A stretch of DNA of 49,629 nucleotides from the NCBI GenBank assembly GCA_002170775.2, contig NHIP02000003.1, forward strand, positions 221,776 through 271,404. The letters run 5' to 3'. Numbering within the stretch: position 1 is the stretch's first letter; each line of letters starts with the position of its first letter. A model generated the notes under the pieces. It saw only the letters and a program-made list of their open reading frames with translations, had not been told where the DNA came from and made no database searches. A program made the position numbers and the translations under genes. The DNA comes from Euryarchaeota archaeon TMED192. Its GTDB lineage: Archaea > Thermoplasmatota > Poseidoniia > Poseidoniales > Thalassarchaeaceae. Positions 43,981-49,629 of this stretch are shown here, piece by piece.

Positions 43981-45309
43981 ATGTTTTTCGGGTGGGGTAA
44001 GCGTTCGAAGGACCTAGTCGAGTGCCCACTTTGTCAACAGTCGAACAATGCTGAAGAAATAACGTGTAAGCGGTGTGGATACCAGTTGGGACGTTCTGGA
44101 AATCAACAGATCGATCAGGGTGTGCAAGGACAAGCAAGCGATCTTTTCACAGCACTAATGGAGGATGCTGAAGAAGAAGTGAGCGAGGGCCCCACTGTTG
44201 ATTGGACCCAGTCCACATTCACAATGGATGACGTGACCATTGAAGTTTCACAATATGATGATGATCATGAAGTCGAGTTGTCCACAGCCCCCAGTTTCGC
44301 CACACAATTCGGAGATATGCCGGATGAGGCGAAGACCATTCTGCCATCGAATGTGGAATCTCATGTGAAAAAAGAGGATTCACAGGATGGTGCCGAAGAA
44401 TATGAAGAGTTACCACCGGTTGAGGCTGCCCCAGATGATGATTTTCCTTTAGCAGAGGCCGTCCCGGATGAGGACCTCCCGATGGTTGAGGCCGTCCCGG
44501 ATGAGGACCTCCCGATGGTTGAGGCCGTCCCGGATGAGGACCTCCCGATGGTATCTGAATCTCTCCAAGTCATAAGTGAGGAAGAAGAGGTTGGGGCTAT
44601 AGTGGATATTGAGAATAGTGGGGGAGATCCTGTGCCATCAATGGGTGAAGATGAGCTATTATCTCTCACGAATGCTGAATTGAGGTCAATGCTATCCAAT
44701 CTTGGCGCTCCTACACGAGGAAACAAGAAGGCACTTGTTGAGCGGCTTCTTGCCGTTGATGCCAGCGTATTGGAAGAGGAGTCGCATCAAGAAGAAGCGG
44801 AAGAAATTCTGGTTGGTGATAATTATGAGGAAGAAGTCGGAGAGACTGGTGAGGACAGGATAGTAGCTGATATTCTTCCAACTCAACCACCATTGATACC
44901 AGATATTCCTGATATGGATGAATCGGATGTGCAAACGAGTGATGAACACAACAAACTTGTTTCGAGCCTGCCAGAGATCGATGCTGTGCTAGATTCTCCC
45001 CCTGAAATTCTGGAAAAGAGCTCGTATTGGCCGTGGGCACAAACGATGCCTTGGATTGAGCGAGATATAGCGATCAAACTCAAACAAGCTATGGAAGAGG
45101 CTCGAGAAAAGAGGATGGGGAAGGCGAGGAGCTTGCTTGATGAAGCAGGCCCTCATCTGGGAGAGCGCACTCGGCTCCTATTTCCTGTTTGTCGACTTCT
45201 TCAGGCATTGGGCAGAGGCGATGAGGTGCCGGGCATTGTCGCAGGGGCCGAGGAAATGCATCCATCGGATCCTGCTGTAGCAGATGCCAGGTATCGTCTT
45301 GGAGTATGA
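43981..45309 (+). CDS. Zinc-ribbon, acidic low-complexity and SAP-domain protein
   Basis: CPLC...CKRCG at the N-terminus, an acidic repeat region, a SAP motif LSLTNAELRSMLSNLGAPTRGNKKALVERL, and a helical C-terminal domain. Confidence 0.82.
   Translation: MFFGWGKRSKDLVECPLCQQSNNAEEITCKRCGYQLGRSGNQQIDQGVQGQASDLFTALMEDAEEEVSEGPTVDWTQSTFTMDDVTIEVSQYDDDHEVELSTAPSFATQFGDMPDEAKTILPSNVESHVKKEDSQDGAEEYEELPPVEAAPDDDFPLAEAVPDEDLPMVEAVPDEDLPMVEAVPDEDLPMVSESLQVISEEEEVGAIVDIENSGGDPVPSMGEDELLSLTNAELRSMLSNLGAPTRGNKKALVERLLAVDASVLEEESHQEEAEEILVGDNYEEEVGETGEDRIVADILPTQPPLIPDIPDMDESDVQTSDEHNKLVSSLPEIDAVLDSPPEILEKSSYWPWAQTMPWIERDIAIKLKQAMEEAREKRMGKARSLLDEAGPHLGERTRLLFPVCRLLQALGRGDEVPGIVAGAEEMHPSDPAVADARYRLGV
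44422..44552 (+). repeat. In-frame 33-bp tandem repeat (3 near-identical copies plus 1 degenerate copy)
   Basis: GAGGCCGTCCCGGATGAGGACCTCCCGATGGTT at 44455, 44488 and 44521 (EAVPDEDLPMV); a degenerate copy at 44422 (EAAPDDDFPLA). Confidence 0.95.
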
Positions 45310-45310
45310 T

Positions 45311-45880
45311 ATGAGTAGACGACCGACGGTTTCAATACGGGTTGATGAGCGATTGGTCCTCAGACCAGCAGCAGTCAAGAGTCTTGAAGATTTGACAGAG
45401 GCTTTTCTAGAAACATGGCCAGAAGTGAGTAGGGCTATGCCCTGGATCAATCCGGACAAAGACGTGGAAGAGCAACTCTTCGATTTTTTAGAAGAGGCGG
45501 AACGGATGGGTAGGGCTGGATTACTACATCATTGGGTAATGATCGACCCTCGGTCGGACAGACTGATCGGACTGATTGGTTTTGACAGAGTAACTCGTTC
45601 GGATAGAAGCGACTGGAATCTTGGATACTGGGTAAGAAGTCTAGATCAACGCCAGGGTATTGCTAAAAGATCAATCGATGCTGTTCTCAAGTGGATTGGT
45701 GAAGGCTCTCAAAAGGTGATAGAGGTCAAGGTTGACCCAAACAACAAGGCCGGGCTCACAACCGTCAGGAGGGCACTTCGTGACTGGGGGGGAGTTAGGG
45801 CCCCAGAGGGCGATGCATCCATCACAGTGGCGGGGCTAAGGACAATGCATCACTGCCATCTCATCGAAGTTGGGATGTAA
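45311..45880 (+). CDS. GNAT acetyltransferase, RimJ/RimL-like
   Basis: Motifs RLVLRP, MPW, NLGYWV...QRQGIA and VDPNNKA; start at ATG 45311, just after the upstream stop. Confidence 0.85.
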   Translation: MSRRPTVSIRVDERLVLRPAAVKSLEDLTEAFLETWPEVSRAMPWINPDKDVEEQLFDFLEEAERMGRAGLLHHWVMIDPRSDRLIGLIGFDRVTRSDRSDWNLGYWVRSLDQRQGIAKRSIDAVLKWIGEGSQKVIEVKVDPNNKAGLTTVRRALRDWGGVRAPEGDASITVAGLRTMHHCHLIEVGM

Positions 45881-45957
45881 TTTCACCACATCAACAAGGA
45901 TAACAGTCGTGTGGGAGGTTGAAAGGTATCCCCCATTTCGGTAATAGAGGGGAGTGC

Positions 45958-48600
45958 ATGGGACGGAGGGCTCATCTTCCAGACGCTGATCCGGACGAAA
46001 CCGGCGAATGGATTGAGGCTCTTCGTGATGTGGCAGGTAAAAGCGGGGTATCAAGAGCGAGGATCTTGCTCCATGAGATTCTTGGCGAGGCGTATGATCT
46101 CGGGATCCCTATTTCACCAATTTCTAGAACGCCCTACCTGAACACAATACCAAGAGAGAGCGAGGGGTCTTACCCCGGAAATGAAGGTCTGGAGGTTGAA
46201 TTTCAAAATCATGTGTTGTGGAATGCAGCCGCCATAGTATCTGATGCCAATAGAAGAATCGATGGCATAGGGGGCCATATCTCGACTTATGCCTCATCTT
46301 CTACCTTGTATGAGGTGGGATTCAATCATGTTTTCCGAGGCAAGGAGAGCGGTATTGGAGATGCTGTTTACATCCAAGGGCATGGTAGCCCTGGAATTTA
46401 TGCTAGGGCCTTCCTAGAGGGGCGCCTCGACCGAGGGGCGCTGAAGAATTTCAGACAAGAAGTGGGGGGAGGAGGGTTATCTTCCTACCCTCATCCTAGA
46501 TTGATGCCGGATTTCTGGGAGTATCCGACGGTCTCAATGGGTCTAGGGCCACTTGCCGCTGTGATGCAGGCCAAATTTTGGAAATACCTCCACAATAGAG
46601 GGCTTGCAGACACTTCGAAGTCTCGTGTCTTTTCATTTCTCGGTGATGGGGAGATGGATGAGCCGGAATCAATCGCCTCAATTGCTATCGCTGGACGTGA
46701 GCGGCTGGACAACCTGATTGTGGTTGTTAACTGTAATCTACAACGGCTTGATGGCCCCGTTCGAGGCAATGCCAAGATCATTCAAGAGCTAGAAGGGCTT
46801 TACAGAGGAGCTGGCTGGGAAGTCATAAAGGTCCTGTGGAATGAAGATTGGGACAGTTTGCTTCGGAGGCATGGAAGTATTCTCTTGGATCGTCTGGAGG
46901 AGATAACGGACGGAGATTTCCAAAGAATGAGTATATTAGACGCCCAGGCATTTAGAATTGAATTCTTCTCAGGGTCCGATGAATTAGAGAAGATTGGGTC
47001 TTCTCTTTCAGATGATGAAATTAAGATGCTGGGCAGGGGCGGCCATGATCGGCGAAAGGTGCTTGCAGCGTATCGTGCCGCTGAGAGGTCGGATCGCCCT
47101 GCTGTGATTCTTGCACATACCGTTAAAGGGTGGGGGATCGACTCTTTCCTAGCAAGGAATTCAACGCACCAGAAGAAGAAGATGGATCGTGGTTCGCTTA
47201 TGGCGTATCGTGATCATCTCGGCGTAGGGGTTTCTGATGACATGGTGGAAGAGGATCCTTTCGTCGAGTTCTCATCTGATAGTCGGGTCTTGGCTTACGC
47301 AAAGGAAAGACGTACATCTCTTGGAGGGCCCTTGCCATCTCGGAGTCCTTCTCCAATGGGATTTGAAATTCCAGATTCCTCGGTGTTCTCAGAATTCGAC
47401 ACAGGTACTCCGGAGAAACAAAAGGTTTCGACGACGATGGTTTTCGTGCGGTTGTTACGCAGTCTCATGAAATCTGATATTGGAAAACGGGTGGTTCCAG
47501 TGATACCGGACGAAGGGCGGACTTTCGGAATGGACCCGTTGTTCAGTGAATTCGGGATTTTCTCTCTTGGGGGTCAAAAATACACTCCTGTGGACCATGC
47601 TATGCTCATGAATTACAAAGAATCCGAGTCCGGCCAGATTTTGCAAGAAGGGATTTCTGAAGCCGGTGCGATGGCTACCTGGACTGCAGCTGCTACTTCA
47701 TATGCACACTCAGGAGTGGGTTCGCTTCCTTTCTACATATTCTACTCGATGTTTGGTTTCCAGAGAGTCGCTGATCAAGTATGGGCTGCTGCAGATGCTC
47801 GGGCAAGAGGATTTCTGATGGGTGCAACCGCGGGTCGGACCACATTGAATGGAGAGGGTTTGCAACATCAAGACGGGCATAGCCTTCTCCTGGCGTCAAC
47901 TGTTCCTTCAGTCCGAGCATGGGATCCTGCGTATGCGTATGAGCTTGCTACGATAATACAACATGGGATTCAAGAAATGGTGGAGGAGGAGAAGGATATG
48001 ATTCACTATATCATGCTCTACAACGATAATGAGAGCCAACCTCAGAAGCCCGAGGGCTGCGAAGAGGGGATTATACGAGGGGCTTATGTAATCAAGAAGC
48101 CCTTACATGAAGGCGGGCCGTTGGTGAGGTTGTTAGGTTCAGGACCGATCCTCAAGAATGTGGTTGCAGCCTCCGAGAAGCTTGGTGAATACGGGGTTAG
48201 AACAGAAATATGGTCAGTTACATCGTATGGCGAGTTGCGTCGTGAAGGGATTGAAGCCCAGCGAATGAAAAGACTCGATCCTTCAGATGTTACAATACCT
48301 TACGTCGTTTCATGTTTCGGCGACGATGTCCCCACTGTCGCTGCCTCGGACTACATAGCTGCGGTACCAGAAATGATCCAGAGATGGGTGGGGGGATCGT
48401 TTTGTGTGCTCGGAACAGACGGGTATGGCAGAAGCGACACGCGAGATGCACTCAGAAAATTCTTCGAAGTTGATTCGGATAGCATAGTCGTCGGGGCTCT
48501 TTCACTACTCGAGAAAGATGGAAATCTCAAAAGCGGCACGGTTGCATCGGCGATTGAAACGATGGGGATTGATACAGAACGATTCGATGTGACTGTTTGA
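45958..48600 (+). CDS. aceE: Pyruvate dehydrogenase E1, homodimeric type
   Basis: Motifs DADPDETGEW, GGHISTYAS, LSSYPHP, TVSMGLG, the TPP motif GDGEMDEPE...NCNLQRLDG, YSMFGFQR, GEGLQHQD and LGTDGYGRSDTR; start at ATG 45958. Confidence 0.96.
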   Translation: MGRRAHLPDADPDETGEWIEALRDVAGKSGVSRARILLHEILGEAYDLGIPISPISRTPYLNTIPRESEGSYPGNEGLEVEFQNHVLWNAAAIVSDANRRIDGIGGHISTYASSSTLYEVGFNHVFRGKESGIGDAVYIQGHGSPGIYARAFLEGRLDRGALKNFRQEVGGGGLSSYPHPRLMPDFWEYPTVSMGLGPLAAVMQAKFWKYLHNRGLADTSKSRVFSFLGDGEMDEPESIASIAIAGRERLDNLIVVVNCNLQRLDGPVRGNAKIIQELEGLYRGAGWEVIKVLWNEDWDSLLRRHGSILLDRLEEITDGDFQRMSILDAQAFRIEFFSGSDELEKIGSSLSDDEIKMLGRGGHDRRKVLAAYRAAERSDRPAVILAHTVKGWGIDSFLARNSTHQKKKMDRGSLMAYRDHLGVGVSDDMVEEDPFVEFSSDSRVLAYAKERRTSLGGPLPSRSPSPMGFEIPDSSVFSEFDTGTPEKQKVSTTMVFVRLLRSLMKSDIGKRVVPVIPDEGRTFGMDPLFSEFGIFSLGGQKYTPVDHAMLMNYKESESGQILQEGISEAGAMATWTAAATSYAHSGVGSLPFYIFYSMFGFQRVADQVWAAADARARGFLMGATAGRTTLNGEGLQHQDGHSLLLASTVPSVRAWDPAYAYELATIIQHGIQEMVEEEKDMIHYIMLYNDNESQPQKPEGCEEGIIRGAYVIKKPLHEGGPLVRLLGSGPILKNVVAASEKLGEYGVRTEIWSVTSYGELRREGIEAQRMKRLDPSDVTIPYVVSCFGDDVPTVAASDYIAAVPEMIQRWVGGSFCVLGTDGYGRSDTRDALRKFFEVDSDSIVVGALSLLEKDGNLKSGTVASAIETMGIDTERFDVTV

Positions 48601-48602
48601 CC

Positions 48603-49629
48603 TCAGTCCTCTACGAATCCATCCCATCGGCACATGTAATCTATGAATACAGGGCTCAAATCTGCTTCTGAAAGCTGTTTTCTCGTGAAGGGCGGGCGTG
48701 TGTTGTTGTCGGTATGTACTCTTGAGGGCCAATCGGGATGGGCGATGCCGGCTCTTCCGACGCCCAACATGTCTGCGCCTTGGAAAAATGCCTCGGATAC
48801 ATCATTCTCATCCCATATCCCCCCTGTTGTAAGGATGGGTATCTGGCCACCTATTTTTCTAGAGAATTCAGCGGTTATCGGTATTGCGTCCGATCCGTCA
48901 TGGGTCTTTTTTGATATGTCCCAACAAGACAGGTGAAGAATATCGATGCCTTCGTCGATTAGATCTCTCGACAAATCTAGGCTGTCTTCGATTGTTATTC
49001 CGCAAGATGGGTATGTCGGAGATATCCTTACAGCGATTATGAAATTGGACGGGACGGTTTTCTTGATCCTCCGCACTATTTCCATTAAGAATCTAAATCT
49101 ATCCTTTCTCGAACCGCCCCAGTCATCTTCTCTTCGGTTGGTTTTGGTTCCTAGAAATTGAGATATCAGATACCCATGGGCGCCATGTATCTCAATACCA
49201 TCGAAACCTGCATCTGAGCATCTTTGTGCCGCGGTAGCGAACCATTGTATTGCTTCTTCGATCTCCTGCTCCCCCATAGAGCGGGAATAACCTGTTGAAG
49301 ACTGCTCGGTCTTATTCACACTGCTAGATATCGGAATTTCTCCAGTGAGATCTGTCGGGGCCCTCATGCCCCCGTGAAAAATTTGAACGAGGCTCCCAGC
49401 TCCATGACGTCTTATTCTCCCGGATAGTTCCTCCAAACCAGAGAGCATGTCGTCACTGTGTACGCCCAACTCACCGACCCAAGATTTGCCGCTGGGATGG
49501 ACGAATGCTGCGGCGGTGGTCACGATGCCAAAACCGTCCTTTGCACGTCTTTCAAGCCACCTCATCTCATCTTGAGTGAGTGTGCCGTCTTCTCGGCTTT
49601 GCTTGTTTGTGAGTGCTGCTAAGACGCTC
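48603..49629 (-). CDS. NADH:flavin oxidoreductase (old yellow enzyme family), 5' end outside the window
   Basis: Motifs QIFHGG, GFDGIEIHGAHGYLISQFL and TNRREDDWGGS. The frame stays open to the window end (SVLAALTNKQSREDGTLT). Confidence 0.93.
   Translation of the reverse strand, partial: SVLAALTNKQSREDGTLTQDEMRWLERRAKDGFGIVTTAAAFVHPSGKSWVGELGVHSDDMLSGLEELSGRIRRHGAGSLVQIFHGGMRAPTDLTGEIPISSSVNKTEQSSTGYSRSMGEQEIEEAIQWFATAAQRCSDAGFDGIEIHGAHGYLISQFLGTKTNRREDDWGGSRKDRFRFLMEIVRRIKKTVPSNFIIAVRISPTYPSCGITIEDSLDLSRDLIDEGIDILHLSCWDISKKTHDGSDAIPITAEFSRKIGGQIPILTTGGIWDENDVSEAFFQGADMLGVGRAGIAHPDWPSRVHTDNNTRPPFTRKQLSEADLSPVFIDYMCRWDGFVED

Noticed and set aside
44422-44552. CRISPR array
   Set aside because: The repeats are head-to-tail without spacers, in frame within a CDS, and there are no cas genes.

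Overview
This is a gene-dense archaeal chromosomal segment. PolD large subunit DP2, PriL, Nre, KEOPS Pcc1, archaeal phosphopantothenate synthetase, MptE and type II MetAP are archaeal markers. They are mixed with many bacterial-type genes (homodimeric AceE, RNase HI, BolA/Grx4, ABC-F, FumC, Rpe). This combination suggests Marine Group II Euryarchaeota (Ca. Poseidoniales); the assignment is inferred from gene content, not from a database search. The window holds about 53 CDS and one tRNA-Cys(GCA). I saw no rRNA, CRISPR array, transposase or integrase. The most notable region is 31.0-33.4 kb. (1) A class II fumarase carries an N-terminal ribbon-helix-helix DNA-binding domain and sits behind an almost pure-AT palindromic leader, making it a candidate autoregulatory 'trigger enzyme'. 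(2) Converging on it is a ~630-nt minus-strand non-coding element with many hairpins, UUCG loops, G-U pairs, a long-range closing stem and repeated (C)UGAGGA motifs. It lacks RNase P, SRP and rRNA signatures and is a candidate undescribed large ncRNA. Other points of interest are an unannotated 29-aa hydrophobic peptide behind an inverted repeat, a tRNA-Cys with A18/G55, a PL10 pectate lyase, a speD-like + DHS-like polyamine pair, a sensor-less wHTH-STAND ATPase, and a Zn-ribbon/SAP-domain protein with a 33-bp tandem repeat.
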